Below, in pieces: positions 46,202 to 56,473 of a DNA stretch of 64,000 nucleotides. The number at the start of each line of letters is the position of its first letter. The first letter of the stretch is position 1. The translations under genes were made by a program, and so were the position numbers. The notes under the pieces are model-generated. The model saw only the letters and a list, made by a program, of their open reading frames with translations, ran no database searches and was not told where the DNA came from. Source of the stretch: a virus; the IMG/VR virus record IMGVR_UViG_3300047157_000126, positions 17,729 through 81,728 of that record, one strand, 5' to 3'.

Positions 46202-46540
46202 ATGTCAGAAGAAACCACTGAAGAGCGATTGGTTAATGCTCTTATTACGAAAATGGAATCTATGGAATCTGACATAAACGCAGTAAGAAGGGAAAATGCA
46301 ATCTTAAAAAATATGATGAACAACCCTGCTGCTCTTTTGAAAAAATCTGGTTTTGTTAGGATTTCCACACCTCTTAGTGAAGATGTCTCTGGAGACGCTT
46401 TTAGAGGAGAGGAAGCAATTAATCTTCAAAAATCAGAAGGGCAATTAGACAATTACACTAACGAACAGATTCATGAAATGAGTTGGGAAGAAATTCATGA
46501 CATGGCTGATAATGTAAAAACACCAATGGAGTTGTATTAA
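46202..46540 (+). CDS. Mini scaffold-like protein
   Basis: Coiled coil; C-terminal EMSWEEIHDMA matches EMSWDEVHNLA of the protease/scaffold. Confidence 0.65.
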   Translation: MSEETTEERLVNALITKMESMESDINAVRRENAILKNMMNNPAALLKKSGFVRISTPLSEDVSGDAFRGEEAINLQKSEGQLDNYTNEQIHEMSWEEIHDMADNVKTPMELY

Positions 46541-46541
46541 G

Positions 46542-47075
46542 ATGGTAAGACCAAGATATAGTGAAGTAGATAACAACGCAATTGACCTTTTGAATAAGGC
46601 TCAAAAATTATTAGAAAGAACAGAATCTATTGTGAAAGAAGATAAATGCCCTTCTTGTGGTATGAAGAAATCTGAATGTTTGAATAAGATGGGCTGCGGA
46701 GTTAAAAAATACGGAAGTATAAAGAAAGAAAGAACCCATAAACTAGGTAGTTTCACTCCGGGTGCAGGTGGTGTTAATGAAGGCACATGTGCAGACGATT
46801 GTTGGTGCAAAATAGAAAAAGCAAATCCTAACTTTATTACAACTTTTTCTACTGAACCTCAAGATGTTACTTTCGTAGCGGAATCTGGTGGACAAACTAG
46901 AAACGCATATTACACTTCAAATCAACATTTATTAGATTCAGAAGATGTTGCTAACAAAGGGGCTACAAGTTATGCTTACAACTTAGATACTTTATCCCCT
47001 ACAGTAAATACTCATGATAGACCTTTCGAGTCTCATGAAATAACAAGCGGTGGAGAGTCTAAGACCAACGAGTGA
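46542..47075 (+). CDS. Head-module hypothetical protein with Cys clusters
   Basis: CPSC..C...C, CADDCWC; IVK|E and IEK|A sites. Confidence 0.6.
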   Translation: MVRPRYSEVDNNAIDLLNKAQKLLERTESIVKEDKCPSCGMKKSECLNKMGCGVKKYGSIKKERTHKLGSFTPGAGGVNEGTCADDCWCKIEKANPNFITTFSTEPQDVTFVAESGGQTRNAYYTSNQHLLDSEDVANKGATSYAYNLDTLSPTVNTHDRPFESHEITSGGESKTNE

Positions 47076-50000
47076 AAAAGGTGGTTTTAGTGTGCAAGAA
47101 GATGCTGCTGATATTTTCATAAGAGCAAGAGACGATTTAGTAAACGCTGTTTCTGTTTTAGATGAAGATATTTCAATTTATGTTGAAGAGTATGTTTTTG
47201 CTAAAGCCAACCTTGATGTAAATGGATTTCATTTGAATCCTACTTGGAAAGAAGAAGTTTGTGACTTATTAATTAAGGAAAAAAGAAAGAAAAGAATACT
47301 ATCTAGTGAAGAAAAAGCATTACTAAGGTTAGATAAAAGAGGACATAATAGTGTAGAGGACCCATTTAAAAATAGAATAAAATCTAGAATTGAAGAACAC
47401 ACTGATGAACATATACCACACACAGCAGCAAGGGGACACGGTGCTCAATTAGAAATAGAAAGAGACCTAACTAGTATTTATCCTAATGCTCATCCTTTTG
47501 ATAGAGACCATAATCCGCTTCATAGGATTGACCCTTCTTCTGGTTTACCGATGCGTTTTCATATATTAGCAAAAAAATTTTTACCAGCAAAAGAGGGTGA
47601 AAAAACAATTGCTGAGAAAATAAAAAATTATGAAATAGCAGTTGAAGATTATCTAACTGAAACAGGTAATCACTCTGTTTCAAAAAATACTAAGGGTGGA
47701 TATAATTTTCTTGGCCCTTTATACACAGGTAAAGGTGCTAATACATTAAGTCATGAAGTTGATGTGTATAATAGGGATTTTGAACGTTGGAAAGAAAATA
47801 ACGATGATGGTTCTAGTGATTTTCAGTTAAGACAAAAACATTTTTCTGATAGATTAAAATCTTGGGAAAATAGAGAGCACAAACCTGAGTATGAAGAAGG
47901 GTCAGACCCTACATTAGCAGAATATTATGGAACGGGTGTAGGTGATTTAGAAAACCCAAAAGATATGGCTCATCCAGAATATCTTTCAGATTTAGCATTT
48001 AAATTAGGCTTAGAGTGGTATTCACCAGAGGAAAGAACTAAGATTTTTGAACATCTTCATGATAAAAATAAAGGGAGTGATTCTAATAGACAATTATTAA
48101 AATTTGATGATGGTTTTGAATTACCTATGGGTAGACTAAAAAGAACCTTAAGAACTAGAAGTGCAAACGCGAAAACATTTACTTCTAATGAACCACATTT
48201 AGGTGGTGACAATAATATAACTCCTAAATTAATGTCTAATCTACCTGAAACTGATAAAGACAAATTTGCTTTTGATTCCGCTTTTAGAGCAGCAAGAGTA
48301 CCTGTAGATAAAGATGGGAAAATTATAGGGGATATCACTTATGATAAAGAAAGTGAAGACCAAATTCTAAAACCCCTATCTGAAATTGCATTAGAAAATC
48401 TACATGATTCTATGGGACATGATATTGATGAGGATGGTTGGATATTCCAAGCGTTTCCTAATATGAGTAAGAAAAGATTACTAGAATTAAAAAGAGAATC
48501 TGGTGACGATTTTAAAAAAGCCCTAGCAAAAGAAAGTAAGAGTGCTAAAGATATGGTTCCTGAAAGAAATCTTTTACACTCTTTGGGTTTTAATTCAGAC
48601 GGTAATGAGATGGAAGAACATGAAGTTTATGACAACTTTTCTGGCCCTTTAATAGATAATAAAATGTTAAAAGAATTAATGAGAAAGAAAAAAGACTTTT
48701 TAGGATTAGGGACAAAACACAACCAATTAACAGATGCTTACAATTTTTATGGGAGTAATAAATCTCATGGTGAGTTTACTTCTCCAGAAATAAGAAAAGC
48801 CTTGGAAGATTTAGGAGGTATCACCCCTACATCTCTATTTGCTCCCGCTTATATGGGTGCGGCTTTAGGAATGGATTCCCACACATTGTTCAGGTCATTA
48901 CATTATCCAATAGCGGATAAGGAAGGAAACTCTATTCTAGGTTCAACAAGAGGAGACCACAAAATTACTAATCAAAATCAAGGTTTGTTTGGGCATTTAA
49001 TCTTACCAAGACCAGAAGAAAGTAAGATTAGTTCTCACTCTTTACAACACAATAAAGCCTTAATTAAAAAAGTTGGAGGTTTTGCTAATATTATAAATGC
49101 TGATAGAAATCATTCTACTCATCCTCAAATTTCTAGTATGTTACATGGTAATAGCGATAGTCAAAATCAAGAAAAATATAAACAAAAAAAACGTATTAAT
49201 AATTTATCACCCTTTTTATTCTCTACAAACCCTAATTCGGATAACCCTTATGGATTAGAAAGGGGAATGGGAATTGAAAGAATAGTTGATGATGATGTTG
49301 TAACAAACATAAGTGATACATTAGAAAACTCTTTTCAAGAAATGACTATGAAAGATAAAAAAGCAGATAGAAATGCACTCTTTCATGCTAAAAAATTACA
49401 ATTAAGAAAAGGCTCAGATATTTTTAATTATCAAATTGGTGATAGCATTTCTGCTAAATTATTTGAAGGTAGTTATCATGGGAATAAACTTAATGAAAAA
49501 TTAAATGGTGATACTCGTATTATTTCTGAAATGGCTAAACATTTAACTCAGTATTACCCTGATGGTTTCTTAGACCCAAGTAATCCAGCAATTAGAGAGA
49601 ATGTTGCAAGATTATTTGCTGATGCAAATATGGCCTTGAAAGTATTACCGCCTGAGTATTATGAAGAATTAGGTATATCCCATCCTACTACTATAGATTG
49701 GGGGTTCTCTAAAGAAGAAATGCCTTTAGATTCTAAACTACATGGTCTTGGTAGTTTTATAAAACAGGCTGGTATTCCAGTACATAGCGAAACCAATGCG
49801 GAAGAAATAGCAGAACAGTTAGGGTTTCCTTTAGATAAAGAACATTTAGACCATATCGAAAAAACTTTAGGTACAATACCTGAAGGTGAGGGAAGATTCT
49901 TGATGTCTAATAAACAAATATTATCTAATTTATTCAATGAAGAATATGATAGGGATATAGATGAACACCTCTTTGAAGAATCAGGTCATGGTACTAAAGA

Positions 50001-52533
50001 CATAAAAACTAGAATTTCTAATCTTAGAAAATATATAAATCAAACTACTAAAGATGAAGAAGGTAATCTTACACCAAAATTTTCTGAACAAGATAAATTA
50101 AAATTTAAAACTGAAATAGAGAGATTAGAACCTTTAAGAAATACAGAAAGAGAGTTTAATTCTCTCTCTGGATTATTAAATAATATAGAGGAAAGACATT
50201 CCAGAAACCCTGAATTAACTAAAAAGAGTCTTTCTCGTAATTTAGAAAAAATAGGTATAGAGCACGACTCAGCGAATTTTGAAGATATGCAAAAGGCTTT
50301 AGATAATCATGTGAATGAGTTACATGCTGAGTTAATTGGTGACATACCTGATAGTAACTCAGTTCATAGTAGAAGTGGTTTAATTAAAAATTTATTTGGA
50401 CAAAAAGAACACACACAGGCTTTAGGTATTTCATATCTAGAAGGTGATACGGTTGACGAGTATCACAAACAAAGTGGGGTAACGGAACAAAATACATCTT
50501 TTGCTACAAGTAAAAGAAGTAGACCGTATGGTTTGAAAATTACAAGGGGGTCTCAATCTACTACACCTAAAATGCACCCTCATAGTGAGGCCACACACAA
50601 TCTAAGAGGTTTGGTTTTACATGATGGTTCAGATACACCTTTAGACACAAAAGTTTCTACTGAAAAAATAGATTGGTTTAATCAACCAGTTTCACATGAT
50701 GGTAGTGGACCTACTGTAACTAACTTGTTTGGGGAGTGTTTCAAAACAGGATTAGAAATGAAACCAGAAGGTGCTTTATCTTTTGAAGGTGACAAACCTA
50801 CTTTTTATCCTACAAATCATAAACAAAGATTAACTGAACCTGCTCCACAACATTTGAATGTGGCATTTGGAAACGAGATGAGTGGTCAGATTCAAAACGC
50901 TGAAACTAGACCTTTAGAAAGTGAGCAATCTCATGTAAATACAACACCTGAAGGTTTTGGTGATGTGCAACCTATGATATCTGACCCCTTAAATCAATTT
51001 CATAAGGATGCAGGAGTTTATGCTAATTTATTATTGAATCCTGATGAATTATTAATTAAAGGGGATAAAGAGCCGGGTTGGGTTCCACCGATTAGACCAA
51101 TGCATAGAATATTCAAGTTTAAACAATTAGAAGAACTTAGAGGTTTTACTGGTGGTTGGTGTGTCTCAAAATGGTATGATGGTAAGAGATTAGTCATCAC
51201 TAAGAAAAATAAAAGAGTCACAGCGTATTATGAAGATGGTAGTAGAGGCGCAGTTCCTGATTGGGTGAAAACAGGTATCAAAAAATTAGGAGAAAAAGAT
51301 GCTACATTTGATGCTATACTATCCAAAAAGAATCTACACGTAATTGATATTATGCATTACGACGGTACAGATATTATGGATATGACTGTTAGAGAGAGAT
51401 TCAAAGTTTTAAGAGGGCAATTCGATAGTCATGAAGAAGTGATAATTTGTGGCCCACATGATACTCGATTTACAGATGATGAAGGGTTGAAAGATGCAGT
51501 AGATAGTTTGAGTAAAGAACACTCTACTCTTTTATTGAGAGATAATAAATCCACTTACATGCGAGGAGAAAAGAGACATCCTAAGTGGGTTTTATTGCGT
51601 AAGAATAGAGATTTAAATCTAATTGTTTTAGATAGAAGAGGTGAGGCTCCTGAGTTTATTTACAGATTAGGCGCTGGGCCAGTAATCGACAAAGAAGGAT
51701 TTGGGGATAGGGCTGTTCCTTTCAAAGACCAAGTTTATGTCGATGTAGCAACAATCACTAGTCCTAAACCATTTGAAGAAGGTGAGATTGTTAGGGCAAG
51801 ATTCACTGGTGTAGAAAAGAATGAAAACTATGAAAGAGATGTATATAATGTTCAATTAAGTAAGTTAGTCGGTGAAGGTGAGGGCGAAGGAAGTGCAAGT
51901 TTAGAGACATTATCTCTACTTGCTAAATCATTCCCTCCTATTCATTTACCACACGATATTGATATTGTAGATAACAATCTCATAGTTTCTCTTCCTAATG
52001 ATGATAGTGTTACCTATAAATTAGAAAAATCTTCTTTAGGATATTGGGTTCATTCTCCGACTACTACCCTTTCAGATATGGGGCTAGGAGAATATAGTGT
52101 AGAGTTATCTGAAAGTTTGAAGCCGTTTTGGGGACAAGTCGCTAGTTTAATGTTGAAAGGAAAAGTGACAAAACTTCCTGCCGAAGATAAAAAAGTTAGA
52201 GAAGAAATACAAGAAGAAGAAAGTGCTGGTCTTGTAGATGCTGATGATAAGAATAGATTACTCAAACCTAATTTTGAAAAAGCCTTGGAAATTATAGAAA
52301 GGAGTTTAGACGCACTAGATAAAGGACATTCAAATATGGCAGGAAGGGGTTTAGGTATTGATTTGGGAGAACCAAACGGAAGTCCAAGAGGACCAACAGT
52401 TCTACAAGATGAGAGCACTATGCCTGATTATGATATGAGAAGTAGACCTACTGAGGAACCAGAGAAACCTGAAGATTATCCTAAGGCTAAAAGAGATACT
52501 AAGAAAAAATTAAAATCCGCTTCATATAAATAG
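47050..52533 (+). CDS. 1827-aa head-module protein with C-terminal ATP-dependent ligase-like (NTase + OB) domain
   Basis: SKWYDGKR, FDAIL, VIDIMHYDG, RERFKVL, LLLRD..STY..G.KRHPKW, LIVLD; likely start near VQEDA. Confidence 0.75.
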   Translation: MESLRPTSEKGGFSVQEDAADIFIRARDDLVNAVSVLDEDISIYVEEYVFAKANLDVNGFHLNPTWKEEVCDLLIKEKRKKRILSSEEKALLRLDKRGHNSVEDPFKNRIKSRIEEHTDEHIPHTAARGHGAQLEIERDLTSIYPNAHPFDRDHNPLHRIDPSSGLPMRFHILAKKFLPAKEGEKTIAEKIKNYEIAVEDYLTETGNHSVSKNTKGGYNFLGPLYTGKGANTLSHEVDVYNRDFERWKENNDDGSSDFQLRQKHFSDRLKSWENREHKPEYEEGSDPTLAEYYGTGVGDLENPKDMAHPEYLSDLAFKLGLEWYSPEERTKIFEHLHDKNKGSDSNRQLLKFDDGFELPMGRLKRTLRTRSANAKTFTSNEPHLGGDNNITPKLMSNLPETDKDKFAFDSAFRAARVPVDKDGKIIGDITYDKESEDQILKPLSEIALENLHDSMGHDIDEDGWIFQAFPNMSKKRLLELKRESGDDFKKALAKESKSAKDMVPERNLLHSLGFNSDGNEMEEHEVYDNFSGPLIDNKMLKELMRKKKDFLGLGTKHNQLTDAYNFYGSNKSHGEFTSPEIRKALEDLGGITPTSLFAPAYMGAALGMDSHTLFRSLHYPIADKEGNSILGSTRGDHKITNQNQGLFGHLILPRPEESKISSHSLQHNKALIKKVGGFANIINADRNHSTHPQISSMLHGNSDSQNQEKYKQKKRINNLSPFLFSTNPNSDNPYGLERGMGIERIVDDDVVTNISDTLENSFQEMTMKDKKADRNALFHAKKLQLRKGSDIFNYQIGDSISAKLFEGSYHGNKLNEKLNGDTRIISEMAKHLTQYYPDGFLDPSNPAIRENVARLFADANMALKVLPPEYYEELGISHPTTIDWGFSKEEMPLDSKLHGLGSFIKQAGIPVHSETNAEEIAEQLGFPLDKEHLDHIEKTLGTIPEGEGRFLMSNKQILSNLFNEEYDRDIDEHLFEESGHGTKDIKTRISNLRKYINQTTKDEEGNLTPKFSEQDKLKFKTEIERLEPLRNTEREFNSLSGLLNNIEERHSRNPELTKKSLSRNLEKIGIEHDSANFEDMQKALDNHVNELHAELIGDIPDSNSVHSRSGLIKNLFGQKEHTQALGISYLEGDTVDEYHKQSGVTEQNTSFATSKRSRPYGLKITRGSQSTTPKMHPHSEATHNLRGLVLHDGSDTPLDTKVSTEKIDWFNQPVSHDGSGPTVTNLFGECFKTGLEMKPEGALSFEGDKPTFYPTNHKQRLTEPAPQHLNVAFGNEMSGQIQNAETRPLESEQSHVNTTPEGFGDVQPMISDPLNQFHKDAGVYANLLLNPDELLIKGDKEPGWVPPIRPMHRIFKFKQLEELRGFTGGWCVSKWYDGKRLVITKKNKRVTAYYEDGSRGAVPDWVKTGIKKLGEKDATFDAILSKKNLHVIDIMHYDGTDIMDMTVRERFKVLRGQFDSHEEVIICGPHDTRFTDDEGLKDAVDSLSKEHSTLLLRDNKSTYMRGEKRHPKWVLLRKNRDLNLIVLDRRGEAPEFIYRLGAGPVIDKEGFGDRAVPFKDQVYVDVATITSPKPFEEGEIVRARFTGVEKNENYERDVYNVQLSKLVGEGEGEGSASLETLSLLAKSFPPIHLPHDIDIVDNNLIVSLPNDDSVTYKLEKSSLGYWVHSPTTTLSDMGLGEYSVELSESLKPFWGQVASLMLKGKVTKLPAEDKKVREEIQEEESAGLVDADDKNRLLKPNFEKALEIIERSLDALDKGHSNMAGRGLGIDLGEPNGSPRGPTVLQDESTMPDYDMRSRPTEEPEKPEDYPKAKRDTKKKLKSASYK

Positions 52534-52556
52534 TATAACAATAGATTTCACTGAGT

Positions 52557-53927
52557 ATGATGTCTGCGACAGTTCGTTCCAGTAATACTCAAGGCATCAC
52601 TATTCTCAAAGGTGGAGACCTAGTTGTTGCTGGATATGCTAGTGTCGAAGTTGTTGATAAACAAGGTGACAAAATCACTAAAAATGCATTAAAAGATGCT
52701 TTTGCAAAGTACATGCAAGATGAAAAGTTTCGTAATGTACAGTTAGCACATTCAAATATACAGGTCGGTGAGGTTATTCCTTCTTACACCGACAACCAAG
52801 GTCGTTTGTGGAAAAGCGAAGTTGATGACACAGGAATGTTCGTCGTCGTTGCTTTGAGAGATGACATTGAGAAGGCGAAAGAAGTCGCCGCAGAAATAAG
52901 AAAGGGTTCGCTTCGTGGTTTTAGTATTGGAGGACAGGCTTTCAAGCGTGTCCGAAAATCTGACGCTGAACATGGTGACTACCAAGAAATCAGCAAACTA
53001 GAACTTCACGAGATTACAATATGTGAGAGGGGCATCAATCCAGAGGCCACCTTTAGGATATTGAAACAAGACCAAATGGTGAAAAATATGACAAACGATG
53101 ATAATGTTATGACGCAAATGACTGATGTCTTGTCTCGCCTTGAAGGTCGCCTTGATGATATGGAGAAAGCAATGCCTCCTGCTCTGAAAGAAGCGATGGA
53201 CAAGAAGGGAGACAAACCCGAGAAAGCCGATGAAAAAGAAGCAAAAGATGACAAAAAGAAAAAAGATGCTGACGTAGAAAAGTCAGAGTTTTCTGATGTT
53301 ATTACTTCTGAATACCTGAACTGGATGGAAGACACTCTAAAGAGTGCTGGAGTCGATGTTTATGGAGCAAGAAGTCACTTCGATGGACTCGAAAAAGCAA
53401 ACCTTGGCTCAACCCCTGAAGCAATCGGCGATGGTGCTGATTATTTCGCGGCTCAAGTTAAAGGTCGTGCTCAAGAAAACGGTGCACCTTCTACTAACGC
53501 TGTAGGTAAAACTACTGGTAGTGGTGGAAAAGTTGCAAAATCCGATTTCTTAACTCCTGATATGGTATCTACATCTGATGTAGAGGCTGCATACGAAGTT
53601 TACAAAGCAGCAATGGAAGAAGCGGAACTACGCAAATCCCTTGAACATAACTTCGCAAGCCGATATGATTCAGAAAGAACAGCAGAAATTACCAAAGCAA
53701 CTGCAATGGAATTTGACGCTCGTGGACCATTAGATGAGATTTCAAAAGCAATTTCTTCTCTATCTGAGAGAATTGATTCAATCACAACACCAGCAGAAAC
53801 AGGTGAAACACTTGCAAAGAGTGCAGATTCTGTTCCTTCAATTAACGTTCCTTCTACAGAAGACTTGGCAGAAATGTCATGGGATGAGGTGCACAACCTT
53901 GCAAACAGCGCATTTAGGAGTGCATAA
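52557..53927 (+). CDS. HK97-type prohead protease fused to scaffold
   Basis: VAGYAS..VVDKQGD, LAH, GFSIGG, LHEITIC..GINPEA; acidic coiled-coil C-terminal half. Confidence 0.9.
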   Translation: MMSATVRSSNTQGITILKGGDLVVAGYASVEVVDKQGDKITKNALKDAFAKYMQDEKFRNVQLAHSNIQVGEVIPSYTDNQGRLWKSEVDDTGMFVVVALRDDIEKAKEVAAEIRKGSLRGFSIGGQAFKRVRKSDAEHGDYQEISKLELHEITICERGINPEATFRILKQDQMVKNMTNDDNVMTQMTDVLSRLEGRLDDMEKAMPPALKEAMDKKGDKPEKADEKEAKDDKKKKDADVEKSEFSDVITSEYLNWMEDTLKSAGVDVYGARSHFDGLEKANLGSTPEAIGDGADYFAAQVKGRAQENGAPSTNAVGKTTGSGGKVAKSDFLTPDMVSTSDVEAAYEVYKAAMEEAELRKSLEHNFASRYDSERTAEITKATAMEFDARGPLDEISKAISSLSERIDSITTPAETGETLAKSADSVPSINVPSTEDLAEMSWDEVHNLANSAFRSA

Positions 53928-53945
53928 AACAGGAGATGATGAAAA

Positions 53946-55076
53946 ATGGCAAGAAATTATGTACGAACAATAACTGATATGGAAAGATACTACTATGGTG
54001 CAGGTAACTCAATGGGTTACTCATACTCTGGTAGCGAACTACTGAAATCGGATAGCCCAATGCTATCCACAACCGCTGGTACTTACCAAGCAATCTATGG
54101 TAGAAAAGTATGGTCGCAACTGAACCAAGAGTTCAATGCGTTCTCTATTCTACCAAAGAGACCTTGGGACCGTTCTGGATGGCGTGTAATTACTGGAAAG
54201 CCTAACGGCGGTGCTCTACACGGTGGAGTTGCAGAAAACGCAACACTACCTGAGACTGTAAAGCCTACTTTCCAGCATGTTGCAGCAAAGCCAAAGACCA
54301 TTGCTCACACATTCGATATGTCTGAGACAGCAATCTTCCTTGCAGACAAGGATGACGGTCTTGGTGACATTCGTTCAGTAATGAAAGAAGAGATGGGTAA
54401 GCACCACGCAGAAATGGTAAACAAGATGCTTCTAACAGATGCTTCTACCGTTGCTGCTAACAACTTCGAGTCTTTGGATAGAATTACTGTCGGTAACAAC
54501 CAAATGGCTGCTGGTACTCACTACGATGCTGGTGACGAAGATATTTACTCAATTGACCGAAGTGCTAACACTTGGGCTTTTGCTGAAGATAACGCAGACG
54601 CAAGCAGTGCTAACAGGAACCTTTCTTTGGACCAATTAGATACACTTTTCCAGAACATCTGGGAACGTGGAGGAAACCCGAAAGTTATTCTAACTGGATA
54701 TGATACTCTAATGAGACTACAACAACTATTGCAGTCACAACAGAGATTCATGGAAGAGAAGAGAGTCACACCTACTTACAACGGAGTAAAGGGTGTACCG
54801 GGAATCGAGGCTGGTTTCATTGTTGCAACATACAACGGTGTTCCAATCATTCCTTCCAAGGACGTACCTAAAGACGGAATCAGTAGAATGTACTTCTTAG
54901 ATACAGACTACGTTTACTTTAGTACAGCAATTCCAACACAATATTATGAGAGTGGTATCGAAACAGGTGACCCATTCGCAATTAACAGACTGGGCCAAGA
55001 AGGACTATACCGAACCATGGGTGAAGTATGGACTACTTTCTTTGGGGCTCATGGTAGTGTGAGGGACCTACAATAA
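53946..55076 (+). CDS. Major capsid protein (HK97 fold)
   Basis: Follows the protease; 376 aa; GGVAEN..LP, KTIAHTFDMSE, FESLDRI, YNGVPII, YFLD. Confidence 0.9.
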   Translation: MARNYVRTITDMERYYYGAGNSMGYSYSGSELLKSDSPMLSTTAGTYQAIYGRKVWSQLNQEFNAFSILPKRPWDRSGWRVITGKPNGGALHGGVAENATLPETVKPTFQHVAAKPKTIAHTFDMSETAIFLADKDDGLGDIRSVMKEEMGKHHAEMVNKMLLTDASTVAANNFESLDRITVGNNQMAAGTHYDAGDEDIYSIDRSANTWAFAEDNADASSANRNLSLDQLDTLFQNIWERGGNPKVILTGYDTLMRLQQLLQSQQRFMEEKRVTPTYNGVKGVPGIEAGFIVATYNGVPIIPSKDVPKDGISRMYFLDTDYVYFSTAIPTQYYESGIETGDPFAINRLGQEGLYRTMGEVWTTFFGAHGSVRDLQ

Positions 55077-55093
55077 ACAGGAGATGATTAATT

Positions 55094-55531
55094 ATGGCAT
55101 TAGTATATACAACAAGCGGAAGTGCGGTATTTACAGAGGATTTCAATCTGGACTTATACGCAGGAACATCAGTAGACGACACAACATGGCTAGACGGCGG
55201 AGCAGCAGCGGATTCATATCCCGGCTCTCTTGCAGGATTCCAAGCAAAAAACAGTAACACAACGGATGCAGCAGGTGGTGCAAAATTAGTATGTGGAAGA
55301 TTTACCACTGCACTTGTAAACGATGAAACATTAACAGTTACATCAACACAAACAGCAAGTGGTGCCACAGTAACTACACAGCACAAAATAAAGGCTATAA
55401 TAATTGGAGACAATTCTACAGCAGCAGCGGGTGTAACATTAAAACAAGCAATCAGCAGTGCTGGTGTTGCTACTTTCAAGGTTACATCTACATCTGACGC
55501 ATTAGTTACATGCTGGATGATTATAGAATAA
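55094..55531 (+). CDS. Putative capsid decoration/minor head protein
   Basis: Thr/Ala-rich beta protein after the MCP. Confidence 0.55.
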   Translation: MALVYTTSGSAVFTEDFNLDLYAGTSVDDTTWLDGGAAADSYPGSLAGFQAKNSNTTDAAGGAKLVCGRFTTALVNDETLTVTSTQTASGATVTTQHKIKAIIIGDNSTAAAGVTLKQAISSAGVATFKVTSTSDALVTCWMIIE

Positions 55532-55543
55532 GGTGGATAAAGT

Positions 55544-55972
55544 ATGCCGACTGTACGATATAATGGACCTTCTTTCTATAGAAGAAGCCCTGATGCGTAT
55601 AGCCCGGACTTTACACGCGGAGAAGTAAGGGAAGTAACTCAAGCGTGGGTTGACGAGTTCAGCCGATACTTAGTTACCCCTTATTTCACCGTAGAAGGAA
55701 GTGAAGCAGTTCACAGAGACGAAGGAAATGATGGTATACCTGACGCTTCATGGCGTCGGGGTGCCATTGTCAAATGGCTCGGTGAACAAGGAGTAGACTT
55801 GTCCGGCTCATACAGAACAAAAACATCTCTTTTAGCAATGGTAGATTCTCATCTAAACCCACCTATAGTAGAACCAGAAGTTATTGAAGAACCAGTAATA
55901 GAGGAAGAAGTTATAGAAGAAGTTATAGAAGAACCCGTTGTGGAAGAAACAACAGATAATAATATGGAGTGA
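55544..55972 (+). CDS. Hypothetical virion protein with HeH/LEM-like motif and acidic EEPV repeats
   Basis: WRRGAIVKWL...TKTSLL; repeated EEVI/EEPV. Confidence 0.55.
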   Translation: MPTVRYNGPSFYRRSPDAYSPDFTRGEVREVTQAWVDEFSRYLVTPYFTVEGSEAVHRDEGNDGIPDASWRRGAIVKWLGEQGVDLSGSYRTKTSLLAMVDSHLNPPIVEPEVIEEPVIEEEVIEEVIEEPVVEETTDNNME

Positions 55973-55978
55973 TAAATT

Positions 55979-56260
55979 ATGGCATTTGCAAGTACAATAG
56001 ACACAAGACCGCATTACATTGGTGACCTTTTGATGGTTACTGGAACTTTTACTAATGGAGGAAGTGATACAGGTGGAAACATCGACCTTTCTTCAATGTT
56101 AGCAGGAATTATAGGAGCGAGCGCAAATGCTGGCTCTTCTACTGCTGGCACAGGGGCTGGAGTTGACGGAGTTTTCTCCCTCATCAACGGCTCTACATTA
56201 GTAATACAAAGTGTTGCAGGTCAAGATGGAACATGGTACGCATTTGGTCGCCGCAATTAA
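55979..56260 (+). CDS. Small Gly/Thr-rich structural protein
   Basis: Head-neck region; beta-rich composition. Confidence 0.55.
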   Translation: MAFASTIDTRPHYIGDLLMVTGTFTNGGSDTGGNIDLSSMLAGIIGASANAGSSTAGTGAGVDGVFSLINGSTLVIQSVAGQDGTWYAFGRRN

Positions 56261-56272
56261 GGCGGTGATTAA

Positions 56273-56473
56273 GTGGCTAACATAGCAACATCGTACAAAA
56301 TTATTGGACCCTTTTCCCCAAAAGAGTTCAGTGATACTACTACATTGGCTGCTACAATAAATACGGCTGCTGGGTCTTTGGGAGAGAGTAGTGATACTAA
56401 TACTCTCATTGACTCAGTGCCTTTTTCAATGTTAGGTAATGTTTACATAAAATTATCATGGGTGGTGAGTTAA
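56273..56473 (+). CDS. Small structural protein, paralog A
   Basis: KIIGPFSPKEFSDTTTLA. Confidence 0.65.
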   Translation: MANIATSYKIIGPFSPKEFSDTTTLAATINTAAGSLGESSDTNTLIDSVPFSMLGNVYIKLSWVVS

